In this document: piece by piece, positions 30,401-39,746 of the stretch | Layout of the letters: the number at the start of each line of letters is the position of its first letter | How positions within the stretch are numbered: the stretch's first letter is position 1 | Origin: Planctomycetota bacterium | GTDB taxonomy: Bacteria > Planctomycetota > UBA1135 > UBA2386 | Length of the DNA: 64,000 nt | Reading direction: 5' to 3' | NCBI GenBank assembly: GCA_046290465.1 | Contig: JBKAGP010000001.1 | Location: forward strand, 2,592,001-2,656,000 | Program-made: the position numbers and the translations under genes | Notes under the pieces: generated by a model | Told to the model about the DNA's origin: nothing | The model's input: only the letters and a program-made list of their open reading frames with translations | Database searches by the model: none

Positions 30401-32620
30401 TCAGCCGTTCGACTTCAGGCCGGGCCAATTGGCGAAGTCGTTGCCGAGGCGGGCCCGTTCGGCCGGGCGCTCGGGGAACATGCCCCACTCGCTGAGGGTG
30501 CCGAAGTCCTTCCAGTGGCAGCTCATGCAGCCGGCGGGCTGGTTCTGGAGCTGCTGCTTGAGCCGCTCCTTCGGCTGGCCGCGGTGGAAGTCGCCCGAGC
30601 CGGTGGGCAGCGCCGCGAACACGAAGTTGGCGGCGCGGGCCAGGATCGGACGCAGGCGCTGGCGGCCACCGACCTCGAAGGTGTTGGCCCGGTGGCACTG
30701 CGAGCACTCGCTGCCGAGCGGGTGGAACTGGCGGTCGGTGAAGCCGGCGAACGCGCCGGTCTCGAGGCCGTAGCGGGCATCGGCCAGCGACGCCTCGGTG
30801 CCGCGGATCGACGGCACGTCGACGATGTCCGGCGCCGCCGGCGTGTGGTGGCACTGGACGCAGCTCTGCACCTCGTCGCCGAACAGGTACTCGGTGCTCG
30901 GCCCGTCGTCGTCGGCCACGTGGTTGTGGCACTCGTTGCAGCGCAGCGCCGACGGCTTGGTCGTGATGTTCTCGGCGCCGCGCTGGTGGCAGGCGGAGCA
31001 GTCCAAGCCCGCGCTGTGCGGCCCGTGCGGGAACGCCACCGCCGCGCGCGACGCCGGCACCGCGCCCTGCTCCACGTCGACGCGCAGTTCGCCGCCGCGG
31101 TGGCAGGTCGAACAGACCTTCTCGTCGTAGGTGCGGTAGTCGACCGCCAGCGTCTGCGACGACGTCGACGACGCCGCGGTCGCGTGGCAGCCGACGCAGT
31201 TGGCGCTGGTCAGCTCGGTGCCGACCGGCGGCAGGTGCGTCTCGTGGCGGAACGTCTTCTCGATCAGTCGCGACGGCAGCGCCGGCACGACCGCCCGGTG
31301 GCACTTGCGGCACTCGCCCTGCACCGCCGGCGACCCCGGCTCGGCGCTGGTCACGAACGGGTGCGTCTGGCCGCGGAACACGAACGTCTTCTCCGACCAG
31401 CGCTGCACCTCGACCTCCGGCCGCCGCCCCTTGATGTCGGGCTGGCCGAACTCGTGGCAGGCCGTGCACTGCTTGGCGACCCAACCGCTGCTGCCGTCCG
31501 CCGACGAACTGCCGTGCAGCGGCGCCTTGCCCGCCTGCAGCTCGCCGGTGCTCCAGCCGGGCACCGCGTGGCACTGCTGGCAGTCGCGATAGCGGTGCTT
31601 GCTGGTCTCGCCGTCGAACGGGAAGTCCCGACCGGCGAAGCCTTCGCGTTCGGGGCGATAGGTGTGGCAGTGCTGGCAGGTCTTGTCGTCACCGCCGGCG
31701 AGCTTCGCGTAGGCGTCCTGCGTGCAGACGCCCTCGGTGCGCTCGTCGCGATAGTGGTCCGCGTGGGCGAACGCGCCGAGCGACCACGACGGCCGCTTCT
31801 CGGTCGTCGGCTCGGCGACGCGCGCGGCCTCGACCGCCGACCGCTTGTGGCAGTCCGCGCAGCCCTTCGCGGCGATCGCGCCGGTCCCGACCTCGGTCGC
31901 CGACGCGCCCTGGATGCCGGCGTGGCAGTCGGTGCAGTTGATGCTCAGGTGGTCGCCGTGCGTGAAGTCGCCGCCGCCGACCTCGAGCAGCGCGTTGATG
32001 CCTTCGCCGTCCCCGGCGAACACCCGGTCGAGCTTCTGCGCGTAGTCGTCCTTGTCGGCCGGGATCGTGAACCGCCCCTCGAGGCCGCAGGCGCGCGCGA
32101 GTTCGTCGCTCTGCGTCGCCGGCTCGAACCAGCGCAGGCCGTCGACGGCCGCCCGCGCCTGGCTCTGCTCGTGGCAACGCGCGCACTGGCCGGGGCCGGT
32201 GCGCAGCGGCAGGCTGCCGCGGATCCGGTCGACGTCGAGCTGGTGGCACTCGCGGCACTCGAGCATGCCGTGCGTGTGGTGGCGGAACGCCGAGCGCGTG
32301 CGCGACGCGAAGCCCTCGAGGCGCTTCTCGTTGCCGGCGGCGAACTGCGCGTCGAGCGCGCCGGTGCCGAAGTGGCACGCATCGCAGTGCGCCTGCGGCG
32401 ACGAGACCAGGTTGTCCTGGTCGAAGCGGTGGCAGCCGCGGCAGTCGCGGAACACCTCCGGCCCGTTCGACGGGTCGGCCCAGTTGGGCACGACATGGTC
32501 GCGGTGGCTGAACGCCGGCGGCCGCTTCGGATCCTGCGGCAGCTCGCCGCCGCCCCACGTGGCGCCGACCAGGGTCAACAGCCAGACGAATGCGACGACG
32601 ACGACGGACCGCGAGTGCAT
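30401..32620 (-). CDS. Exported multiheme cytochrome c (17 CxxCH)
   Basis: N-terminal signal/TM; 17 CxxCH counted; repeated c3/c7-type FxHxxH distal ligand motifs. Confidence 0.93.
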   Translation of the reverse strand: MHSRSVVVVAFVWLLTLVGATWGGGELPQDPKRPPAFSHRDHVVPNWADPSNGPEVFRDCRGCHRFDQDNLVSSPQAHCDACHFGTGALDAQFAAGNEKRLEGFASRTRSAFRHHTHGMLECRECHQLDVDRIRGSLPLRTGPGQCARCHEQSQARAAVDGLRWFEPATQSDELARACGLEGRFTIPADKDDYAQKLDRVFAGDGEGINALLEVGGGDFTHGDHLSINCTDCHAGIQGASATEVGTGAIAAKGCADCHKRSAVEAARVAEPTTEKRPSWSLGAFAHADHYRDERTEGVCTQDAYAKLAGGDDKTCQHCHTYRPEREGFAGRDFPFDGETSKHRYRDCQQCHAVPGWSTGELQAGKAPLHGSSSADGSSGWVAKQCTACHEFGQPDIKGRRPEVEVQRWSEKTFVFRGQTHPFVTSAEPGSPAVQGECRKCHRAVVPALPSRLIEKTFRHETHLPPVGTELTSANCVGCHATAASSTSSQTLAVDYRTYDEKVCSTCHRGGELRVDVEQGAVPASRAAVAFPHGPHSAGLDCSACHQRGAENITTKPSALRCNECHNHVADDDGPSTEYLFGDEVQSCVQCHHTPAAPDIVDVPSIRGTEASLADARYGLETGAFAGFTDRQFHPLGSECSQCHRANTFEVGGRQRLRPILARAANFVFAALPTGSGDFHRGQPKERLKQQLQNQPAGCMSCHWKDFGTLSEWGMFPERPAERARLGNDFANWPGLKSNG

Positions 32621-32624
32621 GTGC

Positions 32625-35096
32625 CTACTTGCCCTTCGGCTTGATCTTGACCGGCCCCTTCACGATCGCCTGGCAGGCCAGGCGGCAGTTGGGCTCGTCG
32701 AGCTTGCCGCCGAGCTTCTTGTTGGCCTTCTTGATGGTGTTCTTCTCGCGCGAGCTGGCCTCGCTGAGGTTGTTCATGCCCTCGAGAACGGTGACCACGC
32801 ACTTGCCGCAGCTGCCGCCGCTGTCGGTCGGCTCGTCCTCGTCCCAGCACTCCCACAGCGTGCCGCAGCTGCCGTCGATGCTGCCCGAGTCGTCGGTGGC
32901 GGTGCCGCCTTCCGACATGTAGCTGATCATCGGCAGCTCCTCGTCGCCGTCGCCGGCCGCCGAGATCTCGGTGCCGTCGTCCTGGATGATGACGGGATCG
33001 CCCGAAGGCGCCGCGGCGGGCGCGGCGGCCGGTTCGGGAGCCGGAGCGGGCTCGGGTGCGGCGGCGGGTTCGGGTGCGGGTGCGGGTGCGGGTGCCGGCG
33101 CGGGCGCGGGCTTGGCGGCCGGGGCGGCAGCGGGCGCCGCCGGCGGTGCCGTCGGCATCTTCAGGCCGGCCTGCGTCTGCATGACCGGATCGGAGGCCGG
33201 CGGCGCGGTCTTGATCACCGCCCCCGTGCCGCTCGCCGTCGCCAGCATCTCGCTGCGCAGCTCGACGAACCGGAACCGCTGCTCGCCCATCCAGATCTCG
33301 TCGCCCTCGTTCAGGCGCAGCGAGCCGGCGAGCGCGACGAACGTGCCGTTGCGCGACTCGTCACGAACCCGCACCACGCCACCGCTGTCGGCAACCGCCA
33401 GGTGCGAACGCGACAGCGCGTAGTCACCGGGGTTGAGGTCGTCGCGGCCGATGGTCTGCTCCTCGGCGGTCAACGCGATCTGCTTGACCGGGTTGCCGGC
33501 GCCGTCGATCACCGACAGGCTGGCCTTGCCGTTCGCCGCCTCGACCCGCAGGCGCTGCTGGCCGGCCACGATGATCGAGCCGACCGGCAGCGTGCGCTCG
33601 GAGTTGACGCGCACGTAGCACTCGCCGCCGAAGTTCTGGTTGGTGACGTAGCACTCGTCGACGTCGATCTTGAACGCCGCGTGCTGGTCGCGCAGCAGCG
33701 AGTCGCTGCCGAGCACGACCTTGCCCGAGGTGCGTCCGACGACGTTCTCACCGACCAGGAAGAAGTGCTCCGTCTTGGCGCCGTGCTCGCCGGGCGCGAT
33801 GTGCACGAACGCTGCCCCGAAGCGCTGCTCGGGCGCGGCGACCGGCTGCGGCGGCGGCGGCGCCGGCGTGTGCCGCTGCTCCGGCGGCAACGTGATGCTC
33901 TGCGAGGCGCGCGCCGCGGCGATCGCCGCGTCGTCACCACCGTCGATGCGCGCCTTGATCGTCTCGACGACGTTGACGCCCTCGATCATGCCGATCTTGA
34001 AGCAGGTCGAGTACTCCTTGAGGTTCGACTGCAGCGCGTCGGGACGGAAGTCGTCGGTCTCCAGGTAGGCCGGGTGCAGCAGGCCGCCGCACATCCAGAT
34101 GTTCTTCTGCTGCGACTCGTTGAGCCGCGTGATCGCCAGGCGCTTCTTCTTCGGCGCGTCGGCGAGCTCGAACTCCTCGACGCCCATCGAGTGCAGCAGC
34201 TCGGTCGGCCGCTCCGAGCCGATGAACGCCAGCACCTGCTTCTTCTCGAACTCGTAGCACTGCAGCTCCGGCGGCTGGTGCTCCTGCACGACGCGGCGCG
34301 TCTTGACCGCGACCAGGTCGTTGCCCTTGTCGTCCTTGAACACCGCCAGCGGCTCGCTGAGCGGCAGGTAGCGGATGTTGCCGCCGGTCCAGGCCTCGTA
34401 GAACTTGCCGGCCAGCGCCTTGCCCTTGGCGACCTTCGGCATGCCGCGACCGCGGTAGCACCAGAAGATGTCGCTGTCGTCCTTCGCCTTGTGCTTGGCG
34501 ATCGCGATCGCGACCACCGCCTCGGCCGCCGACATGCCGCCCCCGACCACGCAGGCCGGGCCGCCGACGTAGTCGTTGGCGTCGCCGAGCTTGTAGCGGA
34601 TGCCGAGGCCGTCGCCCATCAGTCGCACCTTGGCGGGCTGGCCGCTACCGAGCGCCAGCACCATGTTCTTGCAGTAGACCTTGGCCTTGTCCTGCGAATC
34701 GAGCTCCATCAGCTCGGCGCAGATCAGGCCGTTCGGCAGCCGCTCGGCGCCGCCGAGCTCGACGCCGTTCTTGTACGGCACCTGGTTGTCGTCGTAGACC
34801 TTGAGCCAGCGCTCATAGAGCTGGTCGGCCGGCGTCTGGTCCTCGAACACCAGCTGCGAGATCAGCTCGCCGCCCTTGGGGAAGATCAGGTCGACCAGGT
34901 CGCCGTAGTCGGCGTCGACGTTCTTCGGCTCGGGTTGGTGCTCGCCCCACTCCTTGATGATGCTGAGCACGCAGTCGCGGTCGACGACCATGACCTTGAG
35001 GCCGAGTTCGTGCGCGCGCCACGCGGCGGCGGTGCCGGTCGGGCCACCGCCGACTACCAGGACGTCGAGGGGAGTATCGGGGCTGTCACCAGTCAT
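32625..35096 (-). CDS. TrxB-like FAD/NAD(P)H oxidoreductase fused to two FHA domains and a [2Fe-2S] ferredoxin
   Basis: VVGGGPTG (FAD), VVGGGMSA (NAD(P)), no redox CxxC; FHA TIGRD...LSRSH...SRNGT; Pro/Ala linker; C...SCGKC...RLACQ. Confidence 0.88.
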   Translation of the reverse strand: MTGDSPDTPLDVLVVGGGPTGTAAAWRAHELGLKVMVVDRDCVLSIIKEWGEHQPEPKNVDADYGDLVDLIFPKGGELISQLVFEDQTPADQLYERWLKVYDDNQVPYKNGVELGGAERLPNGLICAELMELDSQDKAKVYCKNMVLALGSGQPAKVRLMGDGLGIRYKLGDANDYVGGPACVVGGGMSAAEAVVAIAIAKHKAKDDSDIFWCYRGRGMPKVAKGKALAGKFYEAWTGGNIRYLPLSEPLAVFKDDKGNDLVAVKTRRVVQEHQPPELQCYEFEKKQVLAFIGSERPTELLHSMGVEEFELADAPKKKRLAITRLNESQQKNIWMCGGLLHPAYLETDDFRPDALQSNLKEYSTCFKIGMIEGVNVVETIKARIDGGDDAAIAAARASQSITLPPEQRHTPAPPPPQPVAAPEQRFGAAFVHIAPGEHGAKTEHFFLVGENVVGRTSGKVVLGSDSLLRDQHAAFKIDVDECYVTNQNFGGECYVRVNSERTLPVGSIIVAGQQRLRVEAANGKASLSVIDGAGNPVKQIALTAEEQTIGRDDLNPGDYALSRSHLAVADSGGVVRVRDESRNGTFVALAGSLRLNEGDEIWMGEQRFRFVELRSEMLATASGTGAVIKTAPPASDPVMQTQAGLKMPTAPPAAPAAAPAAKPAPAPAPAPAPAPEPAAAPEPAPAPEPAAAPAAAPSGDPVIIQDDGTEISAAGDGDEELPMISYMSEGGTATDDSGSIDGSCGTLWECWDEDEPTDSGGSCGKCVVTVLEGMNNLSEASSREKNTIKKANKKLGGKLDEPNCRLACQAIVKGPVKIKPKGK

Positions 35097-35159
35097 GAGC
35101 GAACGGAGCGGGCTTGGGGCGGCCCGCGCGGACGGGCCTTATCGGCATCTGCCGGCGCG

Positions 35160-38100
35160 TTACTTCTTCAGCGATTCGACCGCGGGTGCCTGCCAGCCGG
35201 CCGGCACCTCGTCGGAGACCGTGTAGAGCTTGCCGTCGCGCATGTAGAAGCGACGCTGCTCCTCGAGGGTGAACGGGCGGCCGCCGATGCGACCGAACAC
35301 CGACACCTGGTTGCCCGACTCGTCGGCGGCGCGGTCGCGCTCGAGGCCGCGCGCGATCGCGCGCGCGCCCTTGGCCGGGTAGTTGGCGATCCAGGTCGGA
35401 CGCGGCGACGGCGAGAAGCCGTAGGCGCTGCGGCCGCCGTCCATCGGCGTGACGACCTGCAGCACGTGCAGGCCGGTCTGGCCGTCGGCGACCATCGCGT
35501 AGACGCTGTCGTTGACCATGCCGATGCGGACCATGTTGACGTCCTGCAGGCGGCCGTCGGCCGTGAACGGCGCCAGCGACTGCCGGGTCTGCGGGTCGAC
35601 CACCGCCTTCATGCTGGTCGGCACCGTGACGTCGACGAACACGACTCCGTCCTGGCCACCGGCGACGTAGGCGTATTCGCGCGCCACGTAGACGTTCCTG
35701 GCGTCGGCGATCGGGAACGTGTTGCCCGCCTGCACCGCCTTGGCCGGGAACGTCACGTCGACCGCCTTCAGGCCGTCGGCGTCGGTGACGAACGCGTAGC
35801 GGAACTGCACCGCGACCGACGTCGGCTTGTTCATCGGCACGGTCGTCAGCAGCTTCGGCGCCAGCGGGTCGTCGATGTCGACCACGGCCAGCCCCTTGTC
35901 GCAGCACACGTAGATCGTCGTGCCGGCGACCGTGAGGTTCTCGGCGCCGTCGAGCGCGCCGCCCGGGTTGAAGGTCGCGACCCGCCTGGTGAAGTTGTTG
36001 TCCGGATCGCCGTCGGTCAGGCAGTCGATGTCGACGACCACCAGACCCTCGAAGCGATCGCTGACGTAGGCGTAGCGATACGACTCGTGCAGGTTCTGGG
36101 TCTTGCCGCGGTATTCGTACGGCTGCTCCTGGTTCTCCGGGATCCACGGACGATCCATGCTGATCGACATGTTGGTCGGCAGCGCGACCGCCGTGGCGAA
36201 CTTCGTCTCGACGTGCGTGTCCTGGCCCAGCGGCGAGACCGGCGCGGTCACGATGCGCTCGCTGAAGTTCTTGTTGGCGACGTTGGCGACGTCGTAGACG
36301 CGGAAGCCGCCCTTGCCGGTCGCGGTGTAGACGTATTCTCCGCGCTGCTCGATCGACAGGATGTTGCCGCCGTGGTGGTGCGACTCGGCGAGTTCGCCGT
36401 CGCGCGCCTGGTGCTCGGCGTGCTCCTCGGGGAACGCGAGCCGGTGCAGGTTGGAGCCGATCATCGCCTGCGGTTCGGGCCACTCGGTGACCTTGACCGC
36501 CTCGAGACCGCCCTTGCCGGCGCCGACGTAGGCATACATGCCGAAGAAGTTCACGTAGCCGGTGCCCTGCAGGTAGGTCTGCGCGAGCCAGGCGTTGTTG
36601 TCGTTCTTGTCGCTGAGGTGGCAGTCCGAGCACTTGCGCGTCTCGGTCTTGCGCACCGTGTGGGCGAAGTGCGTGTTGAAGCACTGGCCGTTCATGCCGT
36701 TGGCGGCGACGGTCAGCTGCTGCTTGTAGGCGATGCCGCGGGTCGCGTCGGTCGACGACACCATCACGGCCGACGACGAACGCACGACCGCGTACTTGGG
36801 CGTCTCGTCGTCCTCCCACTTCACGTTCGGCATCACGCCGAGCATGAACACGTCGTCACGCGCCACCTGCGGGTTGTAGCTGGCCCAGTTGCGCAGCTTC
36901 TTCTTCTCGAAGTGGTGCATGTCGGTGCGCCAGTTGGCCTCCTGCGGCAGGTGGCAACCGAAGCACGAAGTCATCCAAGACGTGTGGCACGCGGCGCAGT
37001 CCATCTGCTCCGCCGTGTGCGCGCACGAACCGTCGGCCTTGGTCTGCAGCTTGGCGTAGGCGGCCTTCTCGTTGAACTGCGCATGGCCCGGCGTGACCGA
37101 GTCCTTGACCTGCGAGATCTCCCACTCGAGGCCCGGGTGCAGCATCGAGCGCTGCACGAACTTCTCCTGGCCGTCGCGCTCGACGATGTCGAAGCGATCC
37201 TCGCCCCACGGCGTCTTCTTGCTGCCGAAGCGCTGCTTCTTGCTCGGGTTGGTCGGGTCCGGCTTGGCCGCCGGGCCGCTGAAGCGGAACTGGCTGTACT
37301 GATCGACCGTGCCGTGGCAGTCCTGGCAGACGATCTGCAGCGCCGCCTGGTACTCCGAGTAGAGGTGCGTGTCGCCGTGCACGTCCTGCGCGAAGTGGCA
37401 GTCGACGCAGTGCATGCCGACCTCCGCGTGCACGTCCTTGAGGTGCACCGGCTTGCCGGGCTGCGGCCGGAAGCAGCCGGCCTCGATGTTGTTCGGGTCG
37501 TAGATCTCCTTGGCGGTCGGCGCCGAGCCGAGCTTCGGGATCACGCCCGCGAACTTGTTCGGGTCGTCGTAGTCGACGACGTTGCCGTCCTTGTCGATCA
37601 GGTTGCCCTTGCGGTCGGTCTTGAACACCCCGCGGAAGATCCAGCCGTGGCCGTGGTAGTCGGCGAACTGGGTGTGCTCGAGGTCCTTGTTGACGTTCTC
37701 GGCGACGCCGTCGAGAAACGTTCGGTCCCCCCACTTGCCGCGCTGCGCCGCCCCCTCGGGGTTGCGGTCGAGGATGTCGAACTGCTCCTTGATCGACTTG
37801 TCCGGCTGCTCCGCGGCGAACATCTTGTCGCCGTCGGTCTCGTACGACCACATCTGGTAGCCGTAGTAGGTGTTGAGGAACGAGTTCGGCTGGTGCATGT
37901 GGCACACCATGCAGTTGGACGACGGCACCGCGCGGGTGAAGCGGTGCGCGATCGGGTGGCCCTGCTCGCCCTGCGGGATCGACGGGTCGACCGGCAGCGT
38001 CTCGTACTGCGGCGCGTCCGGCTTGCCGCCGCCCTTGTAGTTGGGGAACGCGCCGGCGTTGCCGTGGCCGAGGTTGCCGAACTGCGCGAACGGACCGCTG

Positions 38101-39215
38101 TGCACCGGGTCGCGGTCGTTGGCGTAGACCATGTGGCACGCGGTGCAGCCCGAACTGCGGAAGTCGCCGGGCTGGTCGTTGGTGCCGAACATCGACAGGT
38201 GCGGGTCGTTCAGCCGCGTCTTGTGCACGTTCAGCGTCGGCAGGTCGACGCGGTTGAGGGTGCCGAAGCCGCGATCGGACGAACGGTTGTTGGGACGGCC
38301 CGGGTCCTCGAACTTGTCGGGCAGGCCCGGGATCGGCGTGTTCAGGCCGTTGAGGCCGAGCGCGACCGTGCCGAGGCGGCTGCCCTTCTCGAAGATGCGG
38401 AAGATGTTGGACGGCTGGGTGACCTCCCAGTGCGGCAGCGGCACCGCGACGGCGGACCAGCCGTTCTCCCGCATCTCCTCCGGGGTCGGCGCGCGACCGG
38501 GCTCACCGTGCTTGTAGACGCCGCCGTCCATGCTGACGAGGTGGTTGACCACCTGCGGCTTGCCGTCCGGGCCATAGCTCTCGCCGAGGATCGAACGCTT
38601 GGTGCTGACGATGCCGTTGGCGTAGGTGACCGTGCCCCAGAAGTGCTGCGAGGTCGCCATCAGCGACTTCATCACCTGCAGCGTCTCGTCGGCGTGGCAC
38701 GGGCCGCAGGTCTTGTTGGCCACCCGCAGGTCGCCCGGGTTGACGAACTGCACCCACGACTTGCTCTCCTCCAGGGTGAGCATGTAGGGCCGCTCCGGGT
38801 TGCCCGACGTCGCCCACTCCTTGGGGAAGTTGGGCTTCGGGTGCGCGTCGAGCTTGGCGCTCTTGCTCGGGTCGCCGCCGTGGCAGTGCACGCAGGTCGC
38901 CTTGCGGCCGCCCGGGTGCGGGTCCCCGCAGTTGGTGTGGCACTCGACGCAGCTGCCGTCCGACGCGAAGAAGCGGTTGCCGCTGGCGTCGGTCTGGGCC
39001 TCGTCACCGACTTCGGCGTAGATGGCGTCCTTGGCGGACGGATCCGGCCACTGGTAGGCCTCCCAGGTGCTTTTCGGCGCCTTGCAGCTGAACAGCTGGA
39101 AGGCCGCCAGTGCCACCAGCCCGAAGCCGGCGACCTGCCACCCCTTCCGGCCGTTCGGGCCGCGGGCGTGACTCTGGGATGACGTAGGGTGACAGGGCTG
39201 GTTGTGGTCGGCCAT
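35160..39215 (-). CDS. Large multiheme cytochrome c lipoprotein (10 CxxCH) with C-terminal LVIVD repeats
   Basis: Lipobox-like LFSC; CVECH, CVHCH, CGPCH, CTACH, CMVCH, CVDCH, CQDCH, CAACH, CFGCH, CSDCH; repeats such as YAYV...GLVVVDI, GLAVVDI, GLKAVDV, GVVFVDV. Confidence 0.92.
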   Translation of the reverse strand: MADHNQPCHPTSSQSHARGPNGRKGWQVAGFGLVALAAFQLFSCKAPKSTWEAYQWPDPSAKDAIYAEVGDEAQTDASGNRFFASDGSCVECHTNCGDPHPGGRKATCVHCHGGDPSKSAKLDAHPKPNFPKEWATSGNPERPYMLTLEESKSWVQFVNPGDLRVANKTCGPCHADETLQVMKSLMATSQHFWGTVTYANGIVSTKRSILGESYGPDGKPQVVNHLVSMDGGVYKHGEPGRAPTPEEMRENGWSAVAVPLPHWEVTQPSNIFRIFEKGSRLGTVALGLNGLNTPIPGLPDKFEDPGRPNNRSSDRGFGTLNRVDLPTLNVHKTRLNDPHLSMFGTNDQPGDFRSSGCTACHMVYANDRDPVHSGPFAQFGNLGHGNAGAFPNYKGGGKPDAPQYETLPVDPSIPQGEQGHPIAHRFTRAVPSSNCMVCHMHQPNSFLNTYYGYQMWSYETDGDKMFAAEQPDKSIKEQFDILDRNPEGAAQRGKWGDRTFLDGVAENVNKDLEHTQFADYHGHGWIFRGVFKTDRKGNLIDKDGNVVDYDDPNKFAGVIPKLGSAPTAKEIYDPNNIEAGCFRPQPGKPVHLKDVHAEVGMHCVDCHFAQDVHGDTHLYSEYQAALQIVCQDCHGTVDQYSQFRFSGPAAKPDPTNPSKKQRFGSKKTPWGEDRFDIVERDGQEKFVQRSMLHPGLEWEISQVKDSVTPGHAQFNEKAAYAKLQTKADGSCAHTAEQMDCAACHTSWMTSCFGCHLPQEANWRTDMHHFEKKKLRNWASYNPQVARDDVFMLGVMPNVKWEDDETPKYAVVRSSSAVMVSSTDATRGIAYKQQLTVAANGMNGQCFNTHFAHTVRKTETRKCSDCHLSDKNDNNAWLAQTYLQGTGYVNFFGMYAYVGAGKGGLEAVKVTEWPEPQAMIGSNLHRLAFPEEHAEHQARDGELAESHHHGGNILSIEQRGEYVYTATGKGGFRVYDVANVANKNFSERIVTAPVSPLGQDTHVETKFATAVALPTNMSISMDRPWIPENQEQPYEYRGKTQNLHESYRYAYVSDRFEGLVVVDIDCLTDGDPDNNFTRRVATFNPGGALDGAENLTVAGTTIYVCCDKGLAVVDIDDPLAPKLLTTVPMNKPTSVAVQFRYAFVTDADGLKAVDVTFPAKAVQAGNTFPIADARNVYVAREYAYVAGGQDGVVFVDVTVPTSMKAVVDPQTRQSLAPFTADGRLQDVNMVRIGMVNDSVYAMVADGQTGLHVLQVVTPMDGGRSAYGFSPSPRPTWIANYPAKGARAIARGLERDRAADESGNQVSVFGRIGGRPFTLEEQRRFYMRDGKLYTVSDEVPAGWQAPAVESLKK

Positions 39216-39389
39216 GGGCTGCGGGGGTCAACTCCTATCCGGCGGCGATGCTAGCCGCCTTGCCATCGCGCGCACCGGGTTTTTTCGGCTGCACTGTCGA
39301 TGCCGGGCGGTTTCGATCGTCGCTGTGTCGAACCCAGCCGGACCGGCCGCAACTCCGCAGCCATCCCGGCGCAACCCCCTGGAGAACCG

Positions 39390-39743
39390 ATGCCCAAGTT
39401 CATGCTGATCCTGCGCGGCGACGTCACCGCCGACTACTCCAAGTACACCCCCGAGGACTTCGCCCAGATCCTCGCCGAGTACCAGGCCTGGGGCGAACGC
39501 ATGGGCGACCGCATCAGCCTGAGCGAGAAGCTGACCGACCAGGGCGGCAAGGTGATCGCCACCAACGGCGACGCCAAGGACGGCCCGTACGTCGAGTCGA
39601 AGGAGGTCGTCGGCGGCGTCTACGTGCTCGAGGCCGACGACTACGATCACGCCGTAAAGCTGTGCGAAGGCCACCCGAACTTCCGCTTCGGCAGCATCGA
39701 GGTCCGCCAGGTCGACCTGATGGACGGCGGCGCCCCTTCCTGA
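39390..39743 (+). CDS. YciI/YCII-related (DGPFAETKE-type) protein
   Basis: GGAG RBS then MPKFMLIL; KDGPYVESKEVVGG; GSIEVRQV. Confidence 0.88.
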   Translation: MPKFMLILRGDVTADYSKYTPEDFAQILAEYQAWGERMGDRISLSEKLTDQGGKVIATNGDAKDGPYVESKEVVGGVYVLEADDYDHAVKLCEGHPNFRFGSIEVRQVDLMDGGAPS

Positions 39744-39746
39744 GCC

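Noticed and set aside
32052..39182. 2376-aa + strand ORF
   Set aside because: Antisense shadow of the well-supported cytochrome and flavoprotein genes; no motifs; long shadow ORFs are expected at this GC content
20185..39215. Calling the locus MtrCAB, Nrf, Hao or anammox machinery
   Set aside because: No CxxCK motif, no NrfD/CymA partner and no recognisable MtrA/MtrC or Hao organisation; the domain fusions differ from all of these
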